Source: Candidatus Yanofskybacteria bacterium (GTDB lineage: Bacteria; Patescibacteriota; Minisyncoccia; 2-02-FULL-40-12; GWA2-44-9). From it: DNA of 64,000 bases. Each line of letters opens with the position of its first letter. Position 1 is the stretch's first letter. The notes beneath the pieces were generated by a model. The model did no database searches, was not told where the DNA came from, and saw only the letters and a program-made list of their open reading frames with translations. Where the stretch lies: assembly GCA_016181045.1 (NCBI GenBank), contig JACPAB010000002.1, positions 61,126-125,125 on the forward strand, given 5' to 3'. The position numbers and the translations under genes were made by a program. Shown here piece by piece: positions 9,421 through 18,243 of this stretch.

Positions 9421-9576
9421 TTACTTTTCTCCTTCGCACTTGTCGCCGAGCGCTTGCTCGACGGCGGTGCACTTGGCCAGCGCTTTGTCGGTGGCGTCCT
9501 TAAACCATACACCGAACCAAACGATGGCTATGGCCAATGCGATGAAAAGAACGAGGGACGGGAAGCTTCTCAACAT
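9421..9576 (-). CDS. small membrane protein (51 aa: MLRSFPSLVLFIALAIAIVWFGVWFKDATDKALAKCTAVEQALGDKCEGEK)
   Basis: Not in the supplied ORF track (under 60 aa). Found by eye: ATG at 9574-9576, stop at 9421-9423, and an AAAGGAAA RBS-like motif upstream. Confidence 0.4.
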   Translation of the reverse strand: MLRSFPSLVLFIALAIAIVWFGVWFKDATDKALAKCTAVEQALGDKCEGEK

Positions 9577-9609
9577 GTCGTTTCCTTTGCTCGGGGAACC
9601 ATGGTTGTA

Positions 9610-9638
9610 TTATAACATATTTTAGTATCTTTTGTCAA
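9610..9638 (-). promoter_or_regulatory. sigma70-like promoter (TTGACA-N17-TATAAT) driving the two small membrane-protein genes
   Basis: On the minus strand: TTGACA (9633-9638), a 17-nt spacer, TATAAT (9610-9615). Confidence 0.45.
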
Positions 9639-9672
9639 ATCAGAAATTTGTGATAAAATGAGGTAGTTTTAT

Positions 9673-9744
9673 GGCGCCATCGTCTATCGGTTAGGACACA
9701 TGCTTCTCAAGCATGGAAGCGGAGTTCGATTCTCCGTGGCGCTG
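9673..9744 (+). tRNA. tRNA-Glu (anticodon CUC)
   Basis: 72-nt cloverleaf: acceptor GGCGCCA/TGGCGCT (with G1-U72), anticodon stem CATGC/GCATG with loop TTCTCAA, T-arm CGGAG-TTCGATT-CTCCG, discriminator G. Confidence 0.6.
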
Positions 9745-9784
9745 CAACTTGATTAAATAATAATTTCTGATAATATATTTATCT

Positions 9785-10093
9785 ATGTCATTTGCGGTGA
9801 TAAAAACCGGTGGTAAGCAATATAAGGTCGCCGAGGGCGATGTTTTATACGTTGAGAAGCTCGAATCCAAGGACGGCCAGGTCGTTTTTGATAATGTATT
9901 GCTGGTGGAAAACGGTTCGCTCAAAGTAGGCAAGCCGGTTGTTTCCGGAGCCAAGGTCACGGCCAAGGTTTTGGAAGACGGAAAGGGCAAAAAGAAGATG
10001 GTCTTTAGATATAAATCCAAAACCCGCCAACATAAGAAGAAAGGCCACCGACAGCCCTTCACCAAAGTCCAAATAACAAAAATTGAGAGTTAG
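9785..10093 (+). CDS. rplU: ribosomal protein L21
   Basis: [12 protein letters not shown]...[14 protein letters not shown] is the L21 signature. rpmA is not adjacent (it lies at 39238). Confidence 0.85.
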   Translation: MSFAVIKTGGKQYKVAEGDVLYVEKLESKDGQVVFDNVLLVENGSLKVGKPVVSGAKVTAKVLEDGKGKKKMVFRYKSKTRQHKKKGHRQPFTKVQITKIES

Positions 10094-10107
10094 CCCTCAA
10101 TTTTTGT

Positions 10108-10245
10108 TAAAACACAAGCACAAACTACACAAAACCCAAATAAAACACAAATCACAAACTAACGAAAACACAAACGTTTGTGTTCTGTGCTTTTGGCGGT
10201 CTGTGCTTTATTTGTGCTTTGGTTCCTGTGTTTTGTGTTTTACTT
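10108..10245. terminator. large imperfect inverted repeat between convergent rplU and recR, likely a bidirectional terminator
   Basis: A CACAAA-rich left arm and a TTTGTG-rich right arm, about 65 nt each, centred at 10176/10177. Confidence 0.4.
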
Positions 10246-10839
10246 TCTATATTCCAGCGCGTTCTTGAGGGTTATCTCGTCGGCGTATTCCAGGTTAGAG
10301 CCGGAGGCCAGGCCCCGGGCAAGGCGGGTCAGGACCACGGCTTTTTTATTTTGAAACAGGTCCTTCAGATAGAGAGAAGTCGTTTCGCCGGGCGTGTTGG
10401 GGTTGGTGGCGATTATGAGCTCGAGCCGGTCGTTGATCTTGAGCATATTGTCGACGCGGCTGACCAGCTCTTTTATCTTTAGGGTATCGGGCGTTGCGCC
10501 GTCCAGCGGATCTACCGCTCCTCCAAGGACATGGTAAAGGCCGTTGTATAAGCCGGTCTTTTCTATAGAATCCAGGTCGGTGACTTTCTCTATTATCAAT
10601 ATCTTGCCTTGGTCTCTCTTGGTGTTCGAGCAGACAATACATTGATGGTTGTCGCTGATATTGAAACAGTTGGGGCAGAAGGAAATTTCTTTTTTGAGGT
10701 TCTGGATGGCCTTTCCCAGGTCCAACAGCTCGGCGTCGGGTTTTTCCATAAGCGCCAAAACAAAACGAGCCGCCTGTCTTGGGCCCACCCCCGGAAGTTT
10801 TTGAAATAATCGGACTATGCGTTTAAAGTTTGGGTTCAT
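10240..10839 (-). CDS. recR: recombination protein RecR
   Basis: GVGPRQAARF helix-hairpin-helix, C4 zinc finger (CPNC...CIVC) and a Toprim region. Confidence 0.85.
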   Translation of the reverse strand: MNPNFKRIVRLFQKLPGVGPRQAARFVLALMEKPDAELLDLGKAIQNLKKEISFCPNCFNISDNHQCIVCSNTKRDQGKILIIEKVTDLDSIEKTGLYNGLYHVLGGAVDPLDGATPDTLKIKELVSRVDNMLKINDRLELIIATNPNTPGETTSLYLKDLFQNKKAVVLTRLARGLASGSNLEYADEITLKNALEYRK

Positions 10840-13529
10840 ATGTATTCCAGCGGGACCGTGTGCGTTTTATCTACTTCCATGAATCTTAAGCTTTCCGGGT
10901 CCACTCTGAACTCTATCTCTCTTGTCGGGCCGTTCCTGTGCTTGGCGATTATAAGCTGGGCCATGTTAACAGTGTTGTTCTCGCGCGCTTTTTCCATATT
11001 AACCTTGTCTTCTCTGTGTATGAACATCACCAAGTCGGCATCCTGTTCTATGCTGTTGTGGACAATAATATCGTTAGCTATAAAATTATGTGTTTCAGCT
11101 ACCGTTGCATCATATACCTCTTCTATCCCCAGTTCTTTTTTATTGATTATCTCATCCCAGTAAATATTAGATTCTGATAGTTGTTCCAGTGATTTGTTTT
11201 TTAGGACCAATGCTAATTTACGCATTCTTTCACGGCTAATTCCATTTTTGTATAAGGCGGTTCCGTTATATGCGATTTGCAGGCCGGAGGATAACGCCCG
11301 CATAGATAATCCGGCCTTAATTCTGACAAGTTCAATCATTAATTTCCAGGCTTCTTTGGGGATAACGTCTAAATTTACATTTGGAATTATATCTTTCAGA
11401 GCATCGATGAGCTCAGGTATAATTTCCCCCCTTATTCCATGGCAGCCGATCTCTCTCAAAAATTTCAGTTGGTTTTCTGCGCCTTGAATATGAAGCTGGT
11501 AATTTGGTCTGTAATTTTCTTTTTGAACGGCTCGAATCGTAGATTGAATGCCAAAGCGCAAAAGCAGATGTTGAAGCTGTTGAATTAAAGTCTTGCTTGT
11601 GGATCCGTAATATATTGCTGCGGATGACTTTCTTCCTTTTAGCTTTTTCCAAGAAATATTTCCGTCGGTAGACCAGAGATGTTTAATAAAAAGAGCAACT
11701 TTATCTTTCGGCTGCTTAAAAATTTCTCCAGGAAATACTTTATGATATGAATGCACCCTATCAATGTCAAGTTTGTCGAACCAAATGCTTATGGGATGTT
11801 TTTTTCTGTGTGTAAGATGGTATGGGCTCGTCAGATAAACATGCCACCAGTTTTTTTGTTTTACTACCCTGGGTTTAATGGCAAACAATTTGTTAGCTGA
11901 TTCAGCTACGATGTTAATGTTTTTTGGATCGGCACTTGTGTAATGAAAAGATTGTTTGGGTAAAATACACCCGTCACCCAAAAGATGAGCTAATAAAATA
12001 AGTTCATCGTTGCCCAGAGTCCGTTTGTTCTTTATTGGATTAATTTGTCTTGGTATGGCTATACGGTCTCCTTTCTCAAGATCTTCAAGGGCTTGCCAGC
12101 TATTTAATTTATAGAACGGGTGGTTTGAAGATGCTTTAACAGTTCGCCCGCTGCGCAGGGTCAGTTCGTATATTTTTTTACGCCCGCTTGAGAATGCTTT
12201 GATAAGGGGTTGGATAGTAAGTTTTAAATCCTTATCCAGGGTATATACCGGTATGGGTATCTGTTCTTTCCGATTTGCCAGGTCTCCTATTCTTAGAAGC
12301 TCTCCGGTATCAGCTCTCATTATAAGAGAGTCTCCGGTTAAACAACCCGAGTCCCTCAAGTCCGAAAGGCGTGGCTTGTGGCCGTCGCGCTGTTCCACGG
12401 CGCGGGATAATTGTGATATCGCCACTATCGGTATGTTCAATTCCTTGGCCAAGCCCTTCAGGCCTCTGGATATTTCCGTAACCTGCTGGACGGGGCTTTC
12501 GTAGTTCTTACGGGCTGCCATAAGCTGTAAATAGTCCACTATCACCAGACCCAAGCTACCCTGTTCCATCATAAGGCGTCTGGCCATGGCTCTCATCTGC
12601 AGGATGTTGGGAGAAGGGGTATCGTCTATGAAGATGGGGAGAGACCTCAATTCGTCGCAAGCGGTGGTAATTCTAAGAAAATCGTCGTGTTCTTCATGAT
12701 GGGATAATTTGCCTGTTCTCAACTTCCACAAACTCACACCCGAACCGGCCGATATCAAACGGTCCACGACCTGGTCAATGGACATTTCCATACTGAATAT
12801 TCCGACCGGGATGCCCTGCTTGGCAACCCGCAAGGCAAGGTTTATGGCAAATGCCGTTTTGCCGACCGACGGCCTGGCCGCGAGAACTATCAAGTCCGAT
12901 TTTTGGAGTCCGCCCAAGGTTTCATCCAGGTCATGGTAGTTGGTTCTCAACCCCCGCAGGACTCCGGCGTCCTGGTTGGTTATCCTGTCCATGGCTTCGG
13001 TCAAAGTTGCCGAGATGGGCAGGAAGTTCTTGGTCAGGGACTTCTGCGAGACCGAGAAAAGCTTCTTTTCGGCTTCGTCCAGAAGGTTCTCGACGTCATC
13101 GTCGTCGTTGCCGCTCAAGCCGATAATATGATGGGCGGCGTCTATCATGTCCCGGAGCATCTTTTTCTTCTGGACTATCTTGGCATAGGAATTGATGTGC
13201 GCCGATGTGGGGACGGAATTGACCAGGGATGTCAGATACGCCAGGCCGCCGATCTGCTCCAGGGCGTCCATTTCTTCCAATTTGTTCGAAAGGTTCAGGA
13301 GGTCTATGGGTTCGCGCCTGTCGAAAAGAGCCATGACCGCTTCGTATATGATCTGGTGGCCGCGTTGGTAGAAATCAGGGGGCTTTAAATAATCGGCGAC
13401 CTTGTTTATCGCTTCCCGGTCTATCAAAATCGAACCGAGCAATGATTTCTCGGCGTCTATGTTCTGCGGGGGAAGTTTGCCCTGAGCTATGCCGAAGGGT
13501 TTGTCGGGTGAGATTTTGGGAGATGCCAT
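10836..13529 (-). CDS. dnaB: replicative DNA helicase DnaB carrying a 430-aa intein
   Basis: DnaB N-domain, Walker A (ARPSVGKTAF) and helicase motifs. The extein is interrupted between ...LRDSG and SIEQDADLVMF... by an intein that begins CLTGDSLI. Confidence 0.85.
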   Translation of the reverse strand: MASPKISPDKPFGIAQGKLPPQNIDAEKSLLGSILIDREAINKVADYLKPPDFYQRGHQIIYEAVMALFDRREPIDLLNLSNKLEEMDALEQIGGLAYLTSLVNSVPTSAHINSYAKIVQKKKMLRDMIDAAHHIIGLSGNDDDDVENLLDEAEKKLFSVSQKSLTKNFLPISATLTEAMDRITNQDAGVLRGLRTNYHDLDETLGGLQKSDLIVLAARPSVGKTAFAINLALRVAKQGIPVGIFSMEMSIDQVVDRLISAGSGVSLWKLRTGKLSHHEEHDDFLRITTACDELRSLPIFIDDTPSPNILQMRAMARRLMMEQGSLGLVIVDYLQLMAARKNYESPVQQVTEISRGLKGLAKELNIPIVAISQLSRAVEQRDGHKPRLSDLRDSGCLTGDSLIMRADTGELLRIGDLANRKEQIPIPVYTLDKDLKLTIQPLIKAFSSGRKKIYELTLRSGRTVKASSNHPFYKLNSWQALEDLEKGDRIAIPRQINPIKNKRTLGNDELILLAHLLGDGCILPKQSFHYTSADPKNINIVAESANKLFAIKPRVVKQKNWWHVYLTSPYHLTHRKKHPISIWFDKLDIDRVHSYHKVFPGEIFKQPKDKVALFIKHLWSTDGNISWKKLKGRKSSAAIYYGSTSKTLIQQLQHLLLRFGIQSTIRAVQKENYRPNYQLHIQGAENQLKFLREIGCHGIRGEIIPELIDALKDIIPNVNLDVIPKEAWKLMIELVRIKAGLSMRALSSGLQIAYNGTALYKNGISRERMRKLALVLKNKSLEQLSESNIYWDEIINKKELGIEEVYDATVAETHNFIANDIIVHNSIEQDADLVMFIHREDKVNMEKARENNTVNMAQLIIAKHRNGPTREIEFRVDPESLRFMEVDKTHTVPLEYI
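11055..12344 (-). mobile_element. DnaB intein with LAGLIDADG homing-endonuclease domain (430 aa)
   Basis: N-terminal Cys (CLTGDSLI, like the Ssp DnaB intein CISGDSLI); LAGLIDADG blocks (LILLAHLLGDGCI and ALFIKHLWSTDG); C-terminal ...IVHN followed by +1 Ser. The intein is more AT-rich than the exteins. Confidence 0.8.
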
Positions 13530-13628
13530 GGAAGTCGGATAATGATGGACTCATTATTATGAAATAAATCCGATTCGGCAAGTTGTAAAAGTTTATTAAT
13601 TGTGGAATTCTATGGATAAGAACTTTCA

Positions 13629-13660
13629 AAACAGGGTTTGCCATGACAATAAACCCGCTT
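13629..13660 (-). terminator. rho-independent terminator after cysS
   Basis: Minus-strand hairpin CGGGUUU...AAACCCUG followed by UUUUG. Confidence 0.4.
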
Positions 13661-13740
13661 AACGTGATTTTTTATGCCTGCATCTGGGTGGCGGTAATAC
13701 TGATAGGGCAGACCTTATATAGGAAGTTTTGGAGGCGGCA

Positions 13741-15129
13741 CTAACGGCGAGTCACCAGAGGACCGTAAATAGTGTCATCCACCCGATAGCCCATTTCTTC
13801 GATCTGGGCTCTTATTTTGTCCGCTTCTGCCCAATTCTTTTCTTCTCGGAGTTTCTCTCTTTTTTCAACCAATTCCAGCACCTCATCTGGGATTTTTTCT
13901 AATTTTGAAGGGATTATGCCCAACATAGTATCAACTTCATTCAGAAACTCTTTTGCTTTTTTTACACTGTTCTTGTCTAGGGAATCAGCGGTAAGGGCGG
14001 GATTGATCTCTCGTATCAGGCCAAAAACAGAAGCGAAGGCCTGCGGAGCGTTGAAGTCATCGTCCATCGCGTCAAAGAACTTTTGTCTAGTTTCTTTAAT
14101 CCGTTCTTCGATACTTTCCTCACCGTTGCCATTTGCTAAGCTTGCTTTTTGTACAAATTCATAAATTCGTCTAATTCCTGCCTCTGATTGTTGAAGTATC
14201 TTGTCGCTTAAATCAAGAGGCGAGCGGTAATAACCTGACAGAAGGTAGAACCTCAACACTTCTTTGGGATATTTCTTGAGGAGTTCATAGGCCATTTCAA
14301 AGTTGCCCAGCGATTTAGACATCTTTCGTTCTTTATTCGTTACAAACGCGACATGCATCCAGTATTTAACAAAATCTTTCGGTTTAATGTTGGCGGCCGC
14401 GCATTGCTGGGTTACCTCGGCTTCGTGGTGGGGGAATATCAGGTCCTGCCCTCCGCCATGGATGTCGTATTGCGGGCCGAAGTATTTTTCGGTGATGGCG
14501 GTGTCCTCAATATGCCAGCCCGGACGACCGGCGCCGACCGGCGCCGGCCAAGATGGATCTCCGTCCTGGGAAAATTTCCAGAGCGCGAAGTCCCCGCGAT
14601 TGCGTTTCTTGTCGCTGTCATCTATGCGTGAAACCGCATCGTCGGCCATGCTGGCCGTCCGGCCCGATAATTTGCCATAGTCGGGGAAAGTGGATAGGTC
14701 AAAGTATATCCCATCGCCCTCGATCACATAAGCATTGCCTTTGTCCAGCAAAGTTTTGACTTGAGTGATTACTTCCGGAATATGGTCGGTGGCATTTTTG
14801 TATTCCGGAGAGGTGACCCCCAGCGCTTCCATGTCTTGTTTGAAAATCTCGGTGTATTTTTTGGCGTATTCCAGCGGGTCGGCATTTTCTTTCTGCGCCC
14901 GCTCGATTATCTTGTTGTCGATGTCGGTGATGTTTTGAATATAGTCAACTTCATATCCTCGATATCGGAGATATTTAGCAACCACATCAAAGAAAACAAA
15001 AGTTCTCGCGTTGCCGATGTGGACATAGTCGTAAACCGTCGGGCCGCAGACGAACATCTGGATTTTTTTATTATTTCTCGGAACCAGCTCTTCTTTAGTT
15101 CTGGTTATGGTGTTGTAGAGTTTGATCAT
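13741..15129 (-). CDS. cysS: cysteinyl-tRNA synthetase
   Basis: HIGN and KMSKS motifs. The ORF extends to 15171, but the start at MIKLYNT (15129) avoids overlap with the upstream gene. Confidence 0.85.
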   Translation of the reverse strand: MIKLYNTITRTKEELVPRNNKKIQMFVCGPTVYDYVHIGNARTFVFFDVVAKYLRYRGYEVDYIQNITDIDNKIIERAQKENADPLEYAKKYTEIFKQDMEALGVTSPEYKNATDHIPEVITQVKTLLDKGNAYVIEGDGIYFDLSTFPDYGKLSGRTASMADDAVSRIDDSDKKRNRGDFALWKFSQDGDPSWPAPVGAGRPGWHIEDTAITEKYFGPQYDIHGGGQDLIFPHHEAEVTQQCAAANIKPKDFVKYWMHVAFVTNKERKMSKSLGNFEMAYELLKKYPKEVLRFYLLSGYYRSPLDLSDKILQQSEAGIRRIYEFVQKASLANGNGEESIEERIKETRQKFFDAMDDDFNAPQAFASVFGLIREINPALTADSLDKNSVKKAKEFLNEVDTMLGIIPSKLEKIPDEVLELVEKREKLREEKNWAEADKIRAQIEEMGYRVDDTIYGPLVTRR

Positions 15130-16385
15130 AGGATAAAGAATATCAAAATTGCGGAAGCAGTCATAACCCATAAGGCAACGTGGCCGAAAAAGTTAAGCCA
15201 CGGGCCGTTGGTGTGTTCGCCCATGATTTTTTTGTTGTTGGCCATATGGAGGACCATCAATATTAAAAATGGCGAGATAACGCCGTAAAGAAGGGAGGTA
15301 TAAAAGAGGGCTTTTACCGGGTGAAATCCCAAGAGGGGGATTAAAAGGCCGATTATCGTGGAAGCGATAACGATGCCATAAAATTCTTTTGCCTTGGTAA
15401 AACTTTTATTGAGGCCTTCCGACCAGCCGAAGACCTCGGCTACGACATAGGCGGCCGAACCGGCCAAAACCGGAATGGCTAAAAACCCCGCGCCGATGAT
15501 GCCAACGGTGAAAAGAAGAAAGGCATACTCGCCGGCTAACGGTTTTAGAACCAAAGCCGCGTCTCGGAGCGTTTCAATATTATTAAAACCGGCCCTAAAA
15601 AGAGTGGAAGCAGTCAAGATAATAATGAAAAAAGTAATTATGTTGGAGAAGCTCATACCTACTCGAGTGTCTGTTTTAAGGTCTTCAAGTTCTTGTTCGG
15701 TGGCCGGTTTTAAGCGGCAAGTTCTGCCCGGCTTACATTGTTCCAATGTTTTTTCTTCAACTTCCTGGCTGGCTTGCCAGAAATATAGATACGGTGAAAT
15801 AGTCGTGCCGAAAAATGCGATAAGGACGACGAAGAATTCTTTACTAAACTGCAAACTTGGAACAATCGCATGGTATAAAATTTCAAGCCAATTCTGGTGA
15901 ATTGTGAAAACCGTCAGGATATATGTTGCAAGGGCGATAGACAGCCACTTGAATATCGTAAAGATCTTTTGGTAAGACAAGGCAAGAATGATCAGCAGAA
16001 TTGCGAATGTCATCACCGAAGCGGTCAATTTTTCCGGGAAAGGAGTAATAAGCGTCATTGCTTGAGCCATGCCGGCCATGTCGGCGCCGATGTTGATAGT
16101 GTTTACACTGACTATCAGAATAGATATGAATATCATCACCCATTTTGGATAATGTTTTTTCATATTTCCCGCTAATCCTAAATTTGAAACCCGGCCGATA
16201 CGCGCGCTCATTTCCTGGACCGCTATCATCAAAGGCAGAGAAAAAAGCGACGCCCAAAGCATCCCCAATCCGAATTTGGCTCCGGCGATGGAGTAGGTGG
16301 CGATCGCCGACGGCTCGTTATCCGAGGCGCCGGTTATCAAACCCGGCCCGAGCGACTTCCAGAATTTTTTTAGTTTGTTGGACAC
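15126..16385 (-). CDS. mntH: NRAMP-family divalent metal (Mn2+/Fe2+) transporter
   Basis: GPGLITGASDNEPSAIATYSIAGAKFG and a multi-TM topology. Confidence 0.7.
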   Translation of the reverse strand: MSNKLKKFWKSLGPGLITGASDNEPSAIATYSIAGAKFGLGMLWASLFSLPLMIAVQEMSARIGRVSNLGLAGNMKKHYPKWVMIFISILIVSVNTINIGADMAGMAQAMTLITPFPEKLTASVMTFAILLIILALSYQKIFTIFKWLSIALATYILTVFTIHQNWLEILYHAIVPSLQFSKEFFVVLIAFFGTTISPYLYFWQASQEVEEKTLEQCKPGRTCRLKPATEQELEDLKTDTRVGMSFSNIITFFIIILTASTLFRAGFNNIETLRDAALVLKPLAGEYAFLLFTVGIIGAGFLAIPVLAGSAAYVVAEVFGWSEGLNKSFTKAKEFYGIVIASTIIGLLIPLLGFHPVKALFYTSLLYGVISPFLILMVLHMANNKKIMGEHTNGPWLNFFGHVALWVMTASAILIFFIL

Positions 16386-16425
16386 TAACCCATTTTAGAG
16401 CATATAAGTTTTTTAAACAAACTCT

Positions 16426-16463
16426 TTACTTACTATGATACATCAAAGTATCATAGTAAGTAA
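16426..16463. promoter_or_regulatory. perfect 16-6-16 palindrome (TTACTTACTATGATAC-ATCAAA-GTATCATAGTAAGTAA) in the divergent mntH / yerC-like promoter region
   Basis: Both arms verified by reverse complement. The core TGATAC-N6-GTATCA recurs at 16848-16867. Confidence 0.5.
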
Positions 16464-16469
16464 AAACCC

Positions 16470-16814
16470 ATGAAAGTGAGATCAAGAAAAATAGACAATA
16501 AAGAGAAAGCGGAGTATCTCGATGCATTGTATACCGCGGTCGAGTCATTGAGGTCCCGCGAAGAAGTCAAGAACTTTTTACGCGATCTTTTAACTGAAGG
16601 TGAAAGAATAATGGTTGGCAGAAGGATAGTAATTGCCAAAAGATTATTGAATGAGGAGTCGTACGAACAAATTATTAGAGAAATGAGGGTTGGTCCAGAC
16701 ACCATTATGCGAGTTCACCGGTGGCTTGAGGACGATATTGAGGGTTATGAAAAAGCGGTTAAAAAGTTGGAAAAAGTTCTTGAATCAAGACAAGAAAAAA
16801 GAGACAAAGCGTAG
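16470..16814 (+). CDS. TrpR/YerC-YecD family DNA-binding protein
   Basis: FLRDLLTEGERIMVGRRIVIAKRLLNEESYEQIIREMRVGPDTIMRV matches the TrpR-like YerC/YecD pattern. Confidence 0.55.
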   Translation: MKVRSRKIDNKEKAEYLDALYTAVESLRSREEVKNFLRDLLTEGERIMVGRRIVIAKRLLNEESYEQIIREMRVGPDTIMRVHRWLEDDIEGYEKAVKKLEKVLESRQEKRDKA

Positions 16815-16847
16815 CTTGATCCATTTTCTTTTGAAGGTTTGAAGATT

Positions 16848-16867
16848 TGATACTTTGATGTATCATA
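16848..16867. promoter_or_regulatory. second TGATAC-N6-GTATCA site (inverted orientation) upstream of CIRCE/hrcA
   Basis: TGATACTTTGATGTATCATA is the reverse complement of the core at 16436-16455. Confidence 0.4.
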
Positions 16868-16902
16868 ATTAAAAAGAAAAAGGGATGGGTCCGAAACTTG
16901 GA

Positions 16903-16929
16903 TTGGCACTCCTTGACATCGAGTGCTAA
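16903..16929 (+). promoter_or_regulatory. CIRCE operator (TTGGCACTC-N9-GAGTGCTAA), the HrcA binding site
   Basis: Near-consensus CIRCE. The N9 spacer contains TTGACA, so the -35 box overlaps the operator. Confidence 0.75.
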
Positions 16930-16938
16930 TTTGATAAG

Positions 16939-17706
16939 ATGCCAATTATGACTACCGTGAGGCAGGAAAGGTTACTGGATTTTATAATAAGAAAGCATGT
17001 AAAGACCGCAAAGCCAGTGGGGTCTTCTTTAGTGTCAAAAAAGGCCGGTTTTGGTTTAAGTCCGGCTACAGTCAGGAACGAAATGGCGGAACTTGAGAAG
17101 GCCGGCTACTTGGCTCAGCTTCACACTTCTGGCGGACGGGTTCCCACCGATAAAGCATATCGGTATTACGTAAATCAGCTTCTGAACAAGCCAATAAAAA
17201 CAAAACTAGACGAGAAAGACAAGGAAAGAATAAACCACACACTATCCGCAACATATGAAGATTTCCGCGCCATCAACAAAGCGATTGCAAATATATTATC
17301 GGAATGTTCTGGAAATTTAGTTATTGCCGGTACTGCCCAGGATGCAGAATTTTTCAAACAAGGACTAGTAAGTATGCTAAAAATGCCAGAGTTCAAAGAA
17401 GAATTCAGTAATCTATTCAGGTTAGCCAGTTTCTTTGAAGGCTTTGATGCCATGTTTCAGGCAATTGAGAGGGAATTCTTCCATACATTAGCCGGTCCGT
17501 CAGGGTTACCGATACAAATTCTGATCGGACACGAAAATCCATTCAAACAGATCAGGGGCGAGACGATAATGTGTACCAAATATATATTGCCGGGAGACAT
17601 AATCGGGTCGCTAACATTGGTAGGTCCGACCAGAATGGATTATGAAAAGAATATTTCATTGATAAATTACACAATTAACCAGTTACAAAAATTAAATAAT
17701 ACATAA
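16939..17706 (+). CDS. hrcA: heat-inducible transcription repressor HrcA
   Basis: N-terminal wHTH (AKPVGSSLVSKK...SPATVRNEMAELEKAGYL). Operon with grpE-dnaK, preceded by CIRCE. Confidence 0.8.
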   Translation: MPIMTTVRQERLLDFIIRKHVKTAKPVGSSLVSKKAGFGLSPATVRNEMAELEKAGYLAQLHTSGGRVPTDKAYRYYVNQLLNKPIKTKLDEKDKERINHTLSATYEDFRAINKAIANILSECSGNLVIAGTAQDAEFFKQGLVSMLKMPEFKEEFSNLFRLASFFEGFDAMFQAIEREFFHTLAGPSGLPIQILIGHENPFKQIRGETIMCTKYILPGDIIGSLTLVGPTRMDYEKNISLINYTINQLQKLNNT

Positions 17707-17707
17707 T

Positions 17708-18163
17708 ATGGACGACGAAATAAAAAATGACTTATCCGGTCAGGAAAAACCAACAGAAGTAAGCGAAACAGACAAAGTTAAAGCCCAGGCCCAGGAATAT
17801 CTGGATAACTGGAAGAGGGAGAGGGCGGATTTTCTGAATTATAAGAAAGACGAAACCAAACGGCTCGGAGAATTTGTGAAATTCGCGAACAAGGCCGTTA
17901 TTCTGGAAGCGATAGACATACTTGACGATTTAGAGAGGGCAGAGAAAGAAATAAATAATCCGGGATTAAATCAAATAGTGGCAAAGTTCCATAATCTTTT
18001 GAAAATATTCGAGGTAGAAAGGATAAGCACCGAAGGCGTGTTTGACCCCTTACTGCACGAAGCGGTCGAAGGAACGGGGGGAGATAAGCTGGAAGAGGTG
18101 CGGGCGGGATACACGATGCACGGAAAAGTAATTAGGCCAGCCAGAGTAAAACTAACAAAATAA
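17708..18163 (+). CDS. grpE: nucleotide exchange factor GrpE
   Basis: GrpE-like coiled coil and C-terminal beta domain. Positioned between hrcA and dnaK. Confidence 0.8.
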   Translation: MDDEIKNDLSGQEKPTEVSETDKVKAQAQEYLDNWKRERADFLNYKKDETKRLGEFVKFANKAVILEAIDILDDLERAEKEINNPGLNQIVAKFHNLLKIFEVERISTEGVFDPLLHEAVEGTGGDKLEEVRAGYTMHGKVIRPARVKLTK

Positions 18164-18165
18164 CC

Positions 18166-18240
18166 AACGACCAACAACTAACGACAAACGACAAAATTAA
18201 ATTAATTGTTGTGGGTCGTAAGTTGTAAGTCGTAAGTCAA
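18166..18240 (+). repeat. AACGAC / GTCGTAAG tandem-repeat stem-loop spacer (plus-oriented member of the TACGAC family)
   Basis: CGACCAACAACTAACGACAAACGAC ... GTTGTGGGTCGTAAGTTGTAAGTCGTAAGTC. The same unit family occurs at 28375, 42061 and 60414. Confidence 0.45.
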
Positions 18241-18243
18241 ATT

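Noticed and set aside
9134-9625. 163-aa plus-strand ORF overlapping the murF end
   Set aside because: Ala/Ser/Thr/Pro-rich low-complexity translation typical of a GC-rich antisense frame. The minus strand holds two well-formed small membrane ORFs with a consensus promoter and RBS.
12199-13388. Plus-strand ORFs (up to 161 aa) inside dnaB
   Set aside because: Antisense to the DnaB helicase/intein coding sequence and lacking motifs. Shadow ORFs.
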